Shown: positions 46,769 through 59,757 of the stretch, piece by piece | How positions within the stretch are numbered: the stretch's first letter is position 1 | Layout: every line of letters begins with the position of its first letter | Assembly: GCA_964016885.1 (NCBI GenBank) | Contig: OZ024750.1 | Location: 2,666,001 to 2,730,000, forward strand | Length of the DNA stretch: 64,000 nt | Direction of reading: 5' to 3' | From: Eledone cirrhosa | Taxonomy: Eukaryota | The notes under the pieces: generated by a model | What the model saw: only the letters and a program-made list of their open reading frames with translations | Told to the model about the DNA's origin: nothing | Database searches by the model: none | Program-made: the position numbers and the translations under genes

Positions 46769-48330
46769 GTGAAAGAGTTGGCGCAAGAATGGACATCTGT
46801 GATCATAAAAGTTGATGTTTCCGAACTTTGATCGGCAACACGAGTCTCTTCCACAGTTTCAACTCTACTACAACTTTTTTCTTTCGATGTTCTTCCTCTC
46901 CCAAAATGTAAACTTTGTAAACATCGAAGGTTGTTTTTAGCTTCACTGGAATTAATTGGAGGTCTTCTGTTTACAACAGGTTCTCGCCAATTGACAGGCT
47001 TTTCGTTAGATTCTCCGACTGTCGTAGAAAGAGGCGGCCTCGTGGCATTAGATTTTGATAAACACGAAGTATTTAGAGTTGTTGATAGTGCTTGTTGCTG
47101 TCGTGGTGGTGGAGTGAGAAGATTTATATTCTTTTTCTGCAAGAAGGAAGCAGAATTATTTGAGAGTTTTTCAAATTCACTTGTGAAATTATTTACCCTT
47201 TTATTGGGCGTCATCTTAGGAGGACTTGGTCGAGTATCTTCCAAAAAGGGTGCTACTGCTGTTGTACTTTGCTCCCCAGCAATGTTACTAAGAATAGATG
47301 CCATTTTCTTTCTCTGTAAAACAGATGTTGGTTGTCCGAATAACTGGCTAATGGCACGAACATCTTTCCTGTTTATTCCACCCCACAGTAATTTCTCTAT
47401 AGCTGTCGCCCTCAAACTGTGATTGGTATAACGTTTTGAGAGTCCTGCTTTGTGGCTTAAAGTAGGCATCATACCACCCAGGGGAGTCTTACCATACGGA
47501 ATGCGATCGAACCAATACGGTTGACTAGAATCTACGAGTTTTTTAGGCTTCTGGAATAGTCTATCAAAATCCTGGTGCAGTTTAGAAATATATAACTCGT
47601 ATGCTCTCACTGGACAGAGTACATCTCCTTTCAGTGATGGTATCAGGCCACCAGCTAATTCCTCATCATTTTCTCCGTTTCCATTATCGAGAGGTTCACA
47701 TTCGTTTTGAACAATACTCCGTTCTCCCTGAGCATCGGTCCGGATAACAAACGATGTTATTTTCAATTCTGTCTGTCCATCTCTTCCTAGTCTACACATG
47801 TAATACTGTAAAATAAACCAAACATACTCCAAAAGTTCTCGTGGAGTTGGATTTTGCATATTTGCTTTAAAATAATCTTTTAAACGTGACATGTCTTGTT
47901 CTTCAACAGGAGGATAATGTCGTATTAGGCCTTTACCCTCAGCTTTAATTCGCTTCTCCATAAAAATAAAGGATTCGTTCGCTTCGACGAAAGCATCCCC
48001 TTTGATGATATCCAGATTGAGAGTCTCTTCGAAGTGTCGTTTCAGTGCATAACGAAGAGAACGGAAAGCTGTGAGCTGATAAAGTTCACATTTTTTTGTT
48101 CGCGCTCCAGCATATAGCCGCTTCAATACCTGACATAATAATGACACATCTTTACACGCTGACTCCACATTATAACCAACTTCATTGCAAAAATCAGTGA
48201 ATACTCGTACCCCCCATTGAGTGCTATCTTTCGTTTTCTGACAGTGTTTGTCTTCATTAATTTGTTTACTTGAATTATCGACAATCAAATTACTACTAGG
48301 TTGGACCACCTTATGCCACTCAGTCGCCAT
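46769..48330 (-). CDS. Crypton-derived DUF3504 / tyrosine-recombinase-like first exon (alternative N-terminus B of the BTB locus)
   Basis: Intact 520-codon frame with T..ST.WGVRVF, F..LRYALKRH, CRLGRD, CPVRAYELYISK, PYGKTPLGGMM, YTNHSLRATAI motifs; own ATG (caagATGGCG) with an upstream in-frame stop; ends TTC AC|GTAAGC (phase 2). Confidence 0.85.
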
Positions 48331-48783
48331 CTTGTCAAGTTGGCTTAACGACAGTTAATACATATTCAATAAAATGGATTTTTTCTAATAGTGCAGAAAA
48401 TTTCTCATAGTACAGGTTCGTAAGTTTTTCAGCAAAGGAATTATAATGACAGAAAAAACACTGAATCGTCTTCAAAATATAATTTACATCTATTTGTAAG
48501 AGTTGAGGATAATCTGGATAGATAGATTTTCGACAGAAGTTACATAAATTGTTTAAGACTGGGTAGTAGTACTTGGTAGAAGTCGACCAACCAATCTAAT
48601 AATAGCTGATTATAGAGCCACTGCTGTCAGTTTAGCTTGCTAGCTATCGGTCCTGCAAAACAAGCAATATAATACAGCCATAGAAAGCAGTTCACTCGAC
48701 TTGTAACGGTTGTTGTTATTCATAAAACAAAACAACTTAATGGAGGATAACAGATCTGATAGTGTATGTGCTTGTCTAGTGTG

Positions 48784-48816
<33 letters not shown>

Positions 48817-50135
48817 TTGCTGTGCATATGCCAATATATTAATTCTAACAATAGCTGTGTGGTTTTTGTTTTAAATATGTATATATATTGTTTTCTCTCT
48901 CATCTCTAAACAACAAGAAAACAATTGAAATCAATCAGAAATTTTACACGAAAGATTATTTTATTTAAAAGAAATTATCAATTATTTTCGCCTATTTCTT
49001 TTAGAATAGAATTTTATATATCTAAATATATGCCATATACCTATTAAGCAGAACTCGAAAATAACTGGGACAGAAAAAGAATTATCTTTTATGCTGAGAC
49101 ATCAGAAATAAACTACTGTATAAATTTTAACTTCAGTAATTAAATAAGAATTCTTTATAAAATTGAAATGTAATCCTAAATAATCTATAAACATGAGACA
49201 TCAACTTCACTTTATTTTCTTATTTACCATTAACAAAAGGTAATGTTAAGTGCTCCAACATGACCACAGTTCAATGACTGAATACAGTTTAAAAATAAAT
49301 TAAAGTAAAGTCATTACTTTACTTTATTTTTTTTTAACTGTACTAAACTGTATTGTTTCTTTTAAAGAGAGTGTTTTCAAAATTAAAAGCACACGTGAAA
49401 AAGATCCTATAGTTGAAACAAAGCCCTCAATTCATGATTTCTGCGAAGTTTCTTCAAGTAAACCAACATTACTTTTAATATGAAAAACTGAGGGTAATAT
49501 CAAGTTAGAAAAACAAATCTCTCTCATACCAAATTTTAAAATAAGGTATTTCATATTTGTTAATAAATAATTTAATGTTCTTAATTTATCTATTATGCCC
49601 ATATTTAACCCTTTCATTACTATATTTCTAATGACCAAATGATATTGCTTTTGATTTTCAAATAATCAGGAATTTTGAGGCATCTGGTAATATAACTTTC
49701 TCATTAAGCTTTCCAATATAATGGAAAGTTTTTAGGTAAATATAAACACTTTAAAACAAACAAATTTTAACTGTAGCACCAGTGGCGGTTTTAATACCTA
49801 AAGGGTTAGGTAAGATGAACATAAGTAGTTTTACCTTTTTACATATTCCAGCCGATTAGCTGAGGCCATGCTGGGGCACCACAAACGAGAACTTTTTGTT
49901 ATAAGAATGAATATAATTAATTTGGCCAGTTAGTCAATCATAGATCAGTGCTAGCTAGATAAGTTCTATGACTAAAGATATTTCATGTATAACCATTCAG
50001 TCTTTTATTCAGACATATTGCAAGTAAAGAGCTACACTATCACATTTGTCCTTAAAAAAAGCCCCCAAAGATTAGGCTGATATAGCTTTCAGATCAAGCA
50101 ACAACTTTGAGATACCCTTATTGTCCTAGTTAGCA

Positions 50136-50320
50136 TACAAGGGTCAGCTGAAAAGTTAATAGTCTGACCAAGATACTCTTATGGAATGATCAAATGAGGT
50201 TTATTTTGTTCCTGGTAAGAAACAATTATTGATAAAAAGAGTTGAAATTAATGCAAGATTTCACATCACTAGCATCACTCCTTCATAGTCAACCTATGGA
50301 CCTTTCAACTGACCCTCGTA
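50136..50320. mobile_element. Tc1/mariner-type MITE (related fragment at ~44057-44150)
   Basis: TA-caagggtcagctgaaaagt ... acctttcaactgaccctcg-TA imperfect TIRs with TA target duplication. Confidence 0.7.
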
Positions 50321-51499
50321 TGTATTAGTGAAGGAACAGAGTGAGAAATTTAAATGGAAATACAGTAACGGTGACAAGATAAAATAGAAGGACTGTGATG
50401 AGGTTTTCTTTTTTTATCATGCATGATAAAGTAAAATACAAGTATATCATGCCAAGAAAGAAGGTACTTCAAATCTACATAAAACTATCTAAGGCTACAA
50501 GGAAAAAGAAATATCATTTGGAGTAATGGAAACATGTTTTTTGTGTTGTACTGAATATTAAGTTATTTGTTGAGTACAGAAAATGAAAGAAAAATCATTA
50601 ATTTAACCCTTTACATTACTCTATATTTACTATTATATTTTCGCAGTAAAGGCTTTACCTCACATAATATAAAATCTACGAGATTTTGATATTATTTATT
50701 TTGATAACAATACCTTAACATCAGTTAAGCGGCAGTTTGCAGCCGGTTTTAAGAGAGAGGTGAGAGAATTCTGGCTGGATACAGCAGGTTTAAAGAGACA
50801 CTCATAAGGTAAATGTCAGCAGCATCTACTGGATATATATATTAAAACAAGCAATGTCAACTCTACACCTTGTCCCTAAGGAGATAATTAGATGGAAGTA
50901 AAGAAAGAGACAAAAAATACTTGGCAATTTGATGTGTTAGATAATTAACCCTTTAACATTTACATTACTCTATATTTACTATTATATTTTCACGGTAAAG
51001 GCTTTACCTCGCATAATATCAAATCTGAGATTTTGAGAATACCTTAACATCAGTAGGCTGGTTATAGCCAGTTTGTACAGAATTGTAGAGAATTCTGGCC
51101 AGATGTGGCTGGTTTAAATGCTAAAGGGTTAAAGAAGGCAGAAAAACCACATGGCATGAAGGCCATAATTGCTTATGTTAAGTGGCATTGCATTTGATTA
51201 TGTTGATGATGATGATGATGTATACACACATTTATTTGAATTTATGAATGATGATAATGATGGTGGTGGTAGTAGTTTCTCAAGTTATTGCTGATTCTTG
51301 TTTATAAGTAGGTAACGTGGGTTTCTTATTTCATTTATTTATTTATTTTTAAAATCAACTTGATCTTCTGGACCTAGAAACTGAAGCAATTGATGGTATA
51401 TTGATCATCTGGCAATGGGAGTACCACACTGACAATCATCAGTAATTAGTGAACTGGGTATGGGAAATTTAATCTTCATATTCTCTAGCATGTAGCCTC

Positions 51500-51730
51500 C
51501 TCCATGCTAGAGAACATGGACATGTGGTTAGAATGTCTCAGGAAAGAATTGCTGGACTTAAGGCAACACCAATTGGCAGGAGACCCAGGGGTAGACCCTG
51601 AGCAAGATGGTTGTATAACATCCATGAGTTTGGTTGGTCTCACTTGGGGATCCAGCTGGATCAATTGGAGATGGTTGCTTCTGACAGGACCTGCTGGAAG
51701 GGGTGTTTGAGGACTCTACCCCCCAGGGTA
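51500..51730 (+). mobile_element. RTE/L2-like LINE 3' fragment (second copy at ~44540-44740)
   Basis: GRRPRGRP.ARW motif; the two copies are mutually similar. Confidence 0.6.
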
Positions 51731-53157
51731 AGAAGAAGATAGTCTCCAGTAAATGCAGAACATGTAGGTATGCTTCTGGGATTAATCCCATTACTTAGCA
51801 CTTGGGAAAATACTTTTTTATCATAGCATCTCTTTGGCTAATACTTTGTGCATGAAATTTGGTAGACAGAAACTCTGCAAAAGCCCTACACACACACAAA
51901 AGGCTTTATATTAGATGAAGAAGAAAAACATTATATACACACACATATATATATATATATGTGTAAGTGTGTATAGGCAAATTATTATTATTATTACTAA
52001 TGAGTTCAAATCCCGCCAAGGTTAACTTTGTCTGTCATCCTTACGGGGGTCGATAAAATAAAGTACCAGTAATGTACTGGGTAATTGCTGGCCTTGTGCC
52101 AAAAGTAGAAACAATTATTATTACTAACAATAATAATAATAATTTGCCTCATGTGTCAGGTTGACACTTAGCAAGATATAGGAAAGAAGCAGTATTCAAA
52201 GGAAGTTTCAAATAATAGTAAATCTTGTGAGAGTTGTCCTGTTTTTCTATACTCGCATAGTTGGGTTGTGATAGTGTATATTTTTGATATACATACATGC
52301 AGATACAAAAAGAAAATAACTGAGTATTAAATTTTAACTACAAAATGAAACAATCTGCTGAAAAAGAGTTGGAATATTTCGAGTAATTGGTAATGGAGGA
52401 AGATGGAGCAAAGAGCAGAAAGAAGAAAGCTTGTAAGTAGCTAGATTTACCTTTTAATCTAATAGATACCATATTGGACTAGAGCAGAATAGACAATATA
52501 ATTAACTAGCAGTTGACTAAGCACATCTGGAGTTTTACTATAGCTTCTGTATAGAAATTCAAAGAGATGAAGACGTAATGTGTATCAAATTATTAATGAA
52601 TAAATAACTAGCACCTAACATCAAGTAGCTTTTAAGCGATCAATAGAAGCAATCGATATCAGAAATGTTCTAAATTTATCAGATGAATTCATAACAGGCC
52701 AAGAAATACATTATCTAAATTTTATATAATCATTACATTTAGCTTAAATAATATATTCTATGAAACATGATTCATTGTAAAGTAAATATATATTTATATA
52801 TTATGAATAAAACAAAGCTAAATATATAATTTCTCTATCTTAAGTGCCTTCGTAGTGTATATTCTGTTTAATTAGAATTAACAATATGTATTTCATTTTT
52901 TTCCACACTTATTTTCTGTTTATTGTTTGTACTTATTTTTTCAACACCGTTATAAGTAATGTAGCTGATTAAATAGGAACATTTTCATGTGTTCAAGTTG
53001 CAACAGATTGTTTTTAGCTACGTGTCTTTCCAAATGCCAACTACAGGAGCACTACCTATGAGATAACTAGATGAACAGATGATGAATTTGCTTGAGTAAT
53101 CTTATTCCTTAATATGCACTCCATAGCATAAAAATAATTAATGTCTGTGGCAATATA

Positions 53158-53351
53158 TTAACCCTTTAGCATTCACATTATATATACTATTGTATATTCA
53201 CAGAAAAGGTTCAATCTATGAGAGTTTGATATTATTTATTTTGAGAATAATACCTTAACGTAGGTATGAGTGACCTGTTATGACCAGTTTGAACAGAAAA
53301 AAGTGAGAGAATTCTGGCCGGATATGGCTGGTTTAAATGCTAAAGGGTTAA
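53158..53351. mobile_element. piggyBac-type MITE (other copies ~9750-9946, 13288-13480, 42962-43178, 50603-50793, 50945-51132, 53626-53795)
   Basis: TTAA-CCCTTTAGCATT ... AATGCTAAAGGG-TTAA termini; shared interior (gagattttgatattatttattttgagaacaatacc). Confidence 0.85.
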
Positions 53352-53942
53352 GGTAGTAAAGCAAATATGGAAAATAGACATTAAACGATGATGATAATGA
53401 ACAAATTTGTCAGGAATCCAGTATTTAATTCTTAATCTCCTGTACCATATGAAACCACAGTAGCAAGACATTCTTCAAAAGTACAAAACAACACTATGAC
53501 TGCATCATATTAAAAATTAAAGTTTTTATCTAATACTATACATTTTCTCAATAATCTGTTCATTAGTAAAGATACTATAAACATTTGAATTAACAAACCA
53601 GTTATTGACTGCATTACATTAGAAATTAACCCTTTAGCATTCAAACTGGCCAGAATTCTCTCACCTCTTTCTGTTCAAACTGGTCGTAACATACTGATGT
53701 TAAGGTATTATTCTCATAATAAATAATATCAAAATCTTATAATTATGTGAAAATACAATAGTATATATAGAGTAATATAAATGCTAAAGAGTTAAAGTCT
53801 TTATCTAATACTATAAATTCTTCTCAATGATCACCTGTTCACTAGTAAAGATACTATAAACATTTGAGTTAACAAACCAGTTATTAGATATTTTGAAGTT
53901 AATCATTACAGGATGTTAAGAGTTAAATCAATGTTATGACAA

Positions 53943-54130
53943 TAATTGTTTCTACTTTTGGCACCAGGCCAGCAATTACCCAGTACATCACTGGTACTTT
54001 ATTTTATCGACCCCCGTAAGGAATGAAAGGCAAAGTTAACCTCGGCGGGATTTGAACTCAGACTGTAAAGGGACGTAACTATGCTAGAAAGCATGGCGTC
54101 CAACCCTCTACCGATACTGCCAATTCACCA
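53943..54130 (-). mobile_element. tRNA-derived SINE (other copies ~6995-7090, 17040-17205, 52000-52118)
   Basis: B-box-like gagttcaaatccc; shared core actggtactttattttatcgacccc; (aat)n tail; several copies in the window. Confidence 0.75.
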
Positions 54131-55025
54131 ATAATGAACAATTATCTTCATCTTATACACGAGTATATATAGGGATATATGGCATCCATTTCTATGTCCA
54201 GATGAAAATATTTAGAAATATATATTTATTGATCACTCCAAATTATAGTTAACTAATGGTTACAATAATTTAACTGATTTTTAAAATGTAAACTTGATAG
54301 AATCGAGAGTTGTAAAGAAGGAGCAGGAATGAGCTGAATATAATGGATATGAGGTAACCATTAGTCTAGTGTTGATGTTAGTAGCAATGCAGTAGATCAT
54401 GAAGATGTATATTGATCTATTAATGATTATTAATTAGCAATAGATTGTTCAAGATGATAAATGAATTGTCCTTTGGCTGTTCAGCAATTTTATGAAAAAT
54501 GTATTTATTTATTGACAATTGTAAAATAATCCAATAGAATATTAGAAATTCATAAAAACAAACCTTCAATTATTTACAAACTCTTAAATGGCAGTTGTAT
54601 AAGCTAGTAAGACAGCAAACTTCAGAACAGAAACAGTGGTATCCTAGCTTTCAATTCAATTTTCACTGATATAGTTATGTCCATTAAGAAGGTGAGAGTT
54701 GATAAAGTCAATAAGTAGCAGACTCCTTGCTTAAAATTGGCTCTAGTCCAGAGAGAGAAAGAGAGATCTGTAATTATGTTTTCTGTATTATTGAATCCAG
54801 GCTTGAAAAATGTCCCCTATGTTAGTAGCCATCCACCACTTTTAAAATAAAAAAACTGTTTGAAGAGAAGCTCTTAGATATAAGACAGGTTCTTAAATGT
54901 CTCAAGTATTAACAGATGAGGTAGAGCCAACTAACAAGTCTTTAGAACTTGATGAAAGTTTAGTACTTTTTCAAAGCCTTGCTTCAACTTTGAAAGAACA
55001 TAAAGAGCTAGAAGAGTTAACTTAC

Positions 55026-55423
55026 CCATATAAGGATCTTTTGTTCTGTCTTTGTGTTTGGTTTTGAAGTTCCATGTTTTGTTGAACATCTACATTCATG
55101 TGTGAAAGTCTAGATTGTATACTTGGAATCTGTGCATTATTAAGCATGGCAGATTGATTGTAAATGGTGGGCTGGACTTGAATACAATCATTTATTGAAG
55201 TTAGTTGACTAAAGTAGTTTGTAATATCAGGTAGGTTAAAGTGAGTATTTGAATTCTCAGAGTTAATATGAGATTGCAAATCAGCAGGAATGATTAGATG
55301 GTTAGGGTTGTCATTAACATCTGTAGGTAGTTTGATGAAATTTGATGAAAGATCAGATTTATTCTCAAATGATGGAAGAATCCGTTCCGAGAGTGGTTCA
55401 TGTTTGATTGTCTGACAATCAGC
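55026..55423 (-). CDS. Second exon of the THAP isoform (Q/N/S-rich linker, contains IKHE, a possible SUMO motif)
   Basis: tttgcag|GCT phase-0 acceptor matches the THAP donor; 398 nt open; ends TAT GG|GTAAG (phase 2). Confidence 0.8.
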
Positions 55424-56399
55424 CTGCAAAGGAAAAGTTATTTTAACAAATGATTATGAAAATATATTATTTACTATACATAAACATGCAATTCAAAAAC
55501 ACTAGTTATTGATAGAATTATTAAAATTATGTTCTAAAATTTATCCATACTACCGTTTAATAATAAAACACTCTTTTTAGCAACATCAAATCTATTATAA
55601 ATTCCTATTTATATATAAATATATTCTATTATAAATTCTTATAGGGACCAGAAAATTGATAAATAGAATGTTCTGGAAACTGCATACCTAGATGTAAGAT
55701 ATACATATACTAACTATGACTATATACTAGTGGAGGGGGGGGGGTCTGGTTAGGCAATGTAGGCAGTATCTATCCAGACTAAAACTCTAGTTATTAAACT
55801 TCTATTCAATACAAAGCAGTTTATTATAACATGTTTATATTTAGCTAAACACATTCCATTATAATTTTATGAACCTTTGTTAAGTTCTGCACAAACGACA
55901 TGTTTAATAATAAAGTTATTTATAATACTAAATTCCTCCAATTCCTTGACTATTTTCAAAATTATAGACATCAGAAATATGGTAATGAAAGGGTTAATTA
56001 TTAAATATAAAAAAATGACTACTGATTATAAAAATGTTAATAGAAGTGTATAATTAGGTGAATGGCTACTATTTTAATGTTAGATACAATTACTAATGTT
56101 GTTGATGACTACTATATATACTAGTATGTAAAGCTATTCCCATGCTGGAGTTCAGCTCTAGAGTATAGAGTCAACAAGAAAGAAATGATTGTATTTCTCC
56201 AGTGTTTATGGAGTGACGAATATGTGAACCCAGTGTTGGATTGACCATTGCATTTAAGCACGGGCCCAGTTAGCCAGGGAGGGACCATTTTCCTGCCAAC
56301 AAATTTTTTTACCGGCTTCAGGGCCCAAGTAAGGGGCCTCATAATTTAACTAGCTGAGACCCTCATTTGTCCTAAATCTGGCACTGTGTGCACCTGTAT

Positions 56400-57530
56400 T
56401 ATATAGTGAATATATGTCTGTATTTTATAGTATGTATGATATTGTGTTATATAGCATGTGTGATACTGTGTTATATAGCATGTGTGATATTGTGTTATAT
56501 AGTATATGTGGTAGTGTGTTATATAGCATGTGTGATAGTGTTATATAGTATATGTGATACTGTGTTATATAGTATATGTGATACTGTGTTTTATAGCATG
56601 TGTGATAGTGTGTTATATAGTATATGTGGTAGTGTGTTATATAGTATATGTGGTAGTGTGTTATATAGCATGTGTGATACTGTGTTATATAGCATGTGTG
56701 ATATTGTGTTTTATAGCATGTGTGATAGTGTGTTATATAGTATATGTGGTAGTGTGTTATATAGCATGTGTGATACTGTGTTATATAGCATGTGTGATAT
56801 TGTGTTATATAGTATATGTGGTAGTGTGTTATATAGCATGTGTGATAGTGTTATATAGTATATGTGATACTGTGTTATATAGTATATGTGATATTGTGTT
56901 ATATAGTATATGTGATACTGTGTTATATAGTATATGTGATACTGTGTTATATAGTATATGTGGTAGTGTGTTATATAGCATGTGTGATACTGTGTTATAT
57001 AGCATGTGTGATATTGTGTTATATAGTATGTGTGATATTGTGTTATATAGCATGTGTGATATTGTGTTATATAGCATGTGTGATATTGTGTTATATAGTA
57101 TATGTGATACTGTGTTATATAGTATATGTGATATTGTGTTATATAGTATATGTGATACTGTGTTATATAGTATATGTGATATTGTGTTATATAGTATATG
57201 TGATATTGTGTTATATAGTATATGTGATACTGTGTTATATAGTATATGTGATATTGTGTTATATAGTATATGTGATACTGTGTTATATAGTATATGTGAT
57301 ACTGTGTTATATAGCATGTGTGATACTGTGTTATATAGCATGTGTGATATTGTGTTATATAGCATGTGTGATATTGTGTTATATAGCATGTGTGATATTG
57401 TGTTATATAGCATGTGTTATATAGTGTTATATAGCATGTGTGATATTGTGTTATATAGCATGTGTGATATTGTGTTATATAGCATGTGTGATATTGTGTT
57501 TTATAGCATGTGTGATACTGTGGTGTATAT
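56400..57530. repeat. 21-bp minisatellite (tgtgatactgtgttatatagca / ...agta variants)
   Basis: About 50 tandem units in the intron between the THAP exon and the linker exon. Confidence 0.95.
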
Positions 57531-58391
57531 AAACTGTCTGTATACGTAGATGTAAGATATATATAACTATGACTATATATTCCAAACTAGTGTGTAAATA
57601 CAAGTTATTGTAAGTACAGTACCAGCTGCTTGGACTTGTCAACTATTGCAGGAAATATTGTTACTGATACCCAAACTATGGAACACTTAGTTCTACTCCA
57701 TTTACACTGACTGGAGCAATACAACAATAACACATCCTTTATATTCTAAAACAGAATCAACTTCAATAAACATTTAGATCTGAGGAAACTAGAGATGGGA
57801 TTGTGTGGGGCAAATAAACAGTTCAGAGGTGTTAACAGATTGTTTTGTTACGAGAAAGAGGAAAAAGTGTAACGTTTCGGGGAGTTACTCTTCATCACCA
57901 GAAAGGTATTACTAATTTCAGTGATACAATATGAAAAAAATATTTAAAAAAAAAACCCATTGTAGGTATTACAGTCTGATTAAATGTATAACCCTGGTGG
58001 ACAGTGCCACAACTTAGTACATCAATATGTTGGAGCCATTTTTATAAGTTTAATAGAAGTATATATAACATGTTGGAATGTTTTGTTCAACTAAAGAATT
58101 TAACGTCATCATATCGTAAACAAATGTTCCAAATATTGGACTTGGAATCAAAGATTATGGTACAAGCAACCGAAATAAAACTATCTGAATTACTATATCG
58201 ATGTGTAGTAATCGAGATATATATGTTGATTCCTGAGTTGTGTCGGGAAATGACCACAATTAAAAAAGGGTACTCAATACATTGGTAGAGTATAGGCATC
58301 TTTATATATATATATATATATATACACACTCACAGGCACACATAACCCTGATTTCATACGAATGAAACAGTTCTAGTACTGTAGAAATCAC

Positions 58392-58435
<44 letters not shown>

Positions 58436-58609
58436 CCCTCTCTCTCTCTATATATATATATACAGGGTGTCCCCCCAAAATGCATACACACTGATTATCT
58501 GTACAGACATTATATATATATATCAATTGGAATGAAAGGACATTTTATTATGAAATATTCTGCCACTTTTCTAGTAATATTTAGTAAATAAAATTGGCTG
58601 GCAAGAATG

Positions 58610-58730
58610 TGAGAGGAAGATATGGTGAGGTGTGTGAGGAAGATATGGTGAGGTGTGTGAGGAAGATGTGGTGAGGTGTGTGAGGAAGATGTGGTGAGGT
58701 GTGTGAGGAAGATATGGTGAGGTGTGTGAG
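58610..58730. repeat. 23-bp minisatellite (ggaagatatggtgaggtgtgtga) x5
   Basis: Direct tandem copies. Confidence 0.9.
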
Positions 58731-59262
58731 TCGTATTCATGTTTCAGTATCAAATATAACATGTTTGTATTGTCACGTTTTAAAACAGGAAATATTTGTA
58801 AAAATATCTGTAATAAATAACAAAATATGACTGAAGACTGAAGCAAACCAAATAACAAATAATATATATAAAGTTACGATGGATATTGGTGTTTCGGAGG
58901 ACAAAACATTGGTTAAATGTCAATATTTGATGAACTGGCATCAACATTTAGAAAGTGTTTTGAAAATATATCTCAAGCATGTGGAACTATTTCGTTAACA
59001 ATAAATAACCTTCATGAAGAATAAGGCCACGTAATTATTTGTAAAGAATAATTAATTAATCAACTTGCTGGTGCCCTCCACACTCGTACATGGTTGAAGT
59101 TTACTAAAGAAATATCTTAACAAGCTTAAATATATTTGGGAAATAGAGACGACGAACAATCTTTTATTTATATATGAAAATATATTTTTTATGTACAAAC
59201 GATATACGTGTGTTTTGGGTTTATAAAGAGGGAAGGAAAACAATTAAATTAGATGAACTCAC

Positions 59263-59757
59263 TTCGATTTGATTGAGGAAATCACGAGAAGTTGAAACAT
59301 TAGTGATATCTTCGAAGTCGAAGTCACATTGTAAAATCTTCGGAGAAAATAACTCATTCAAACTTTTCTGCGATGTCAAATTAATATATTTATTAGCCCA
59401 TGGACAAACAGGAGGAATTCTCAGAGTCATCGGCCGATTCTTACGTTGTTGTTCAGGCGACATATTATCCAGTCCCATCTGGGTTCGCATCATGTTGTAA
59501 TTATTGATAATCGCAGGCCATTCCTGTGACCAAGGGAAAAATGAAGGGTCTTTTTTGTCATGGGTCTTTTTGCCGTTGGGAAAATGTAGACTACAAACAC
59601 TTGTGTACTTCGAATCAATTCGTAAGTTACTATTCCGAATGAGCGCAACCCAAGTAGCACGGCGGGTTTCTTCCTTAGGGAGACTATAGAAACGAATTCT
59701 TGCGTGTCTTTTAGAGTCTGCAGAACAGAAAGGGATGCAGCAATTAACATGAGGCAT
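59263..59757 (-). CDS. THAP zinc-finger first exon (alternative N-terminus A of the BTB locus)
   Basis: N-terminal C-x4-C (CCIPFC), F..LP.E..RR..W...I, VCSLHF and DPSFF (AVPTIF-like) boxes; 165 codons then GAA|GTGAGT donor, phase 0. Confidence 0.88.

Noticed and set aside
46765-48330. Bacterial or phage integrase, horizontal transfer, or an active Crypton
   Set aside because: Motifs fit eukaryotic DUF3504, the catalytic Tyr segment is absent, and the exon ends in a phase-compatible spliceosomal donor
56388-57549. Cys-rich repetitive ORFs
   Set aside because: Product of the 21-bp minisatellite
58004-58288. ORF with ICWSHF resembling a THAP motif
   Set aside because: Opposite strand to the locus, lacks the other THAP residues and has no clear splice support
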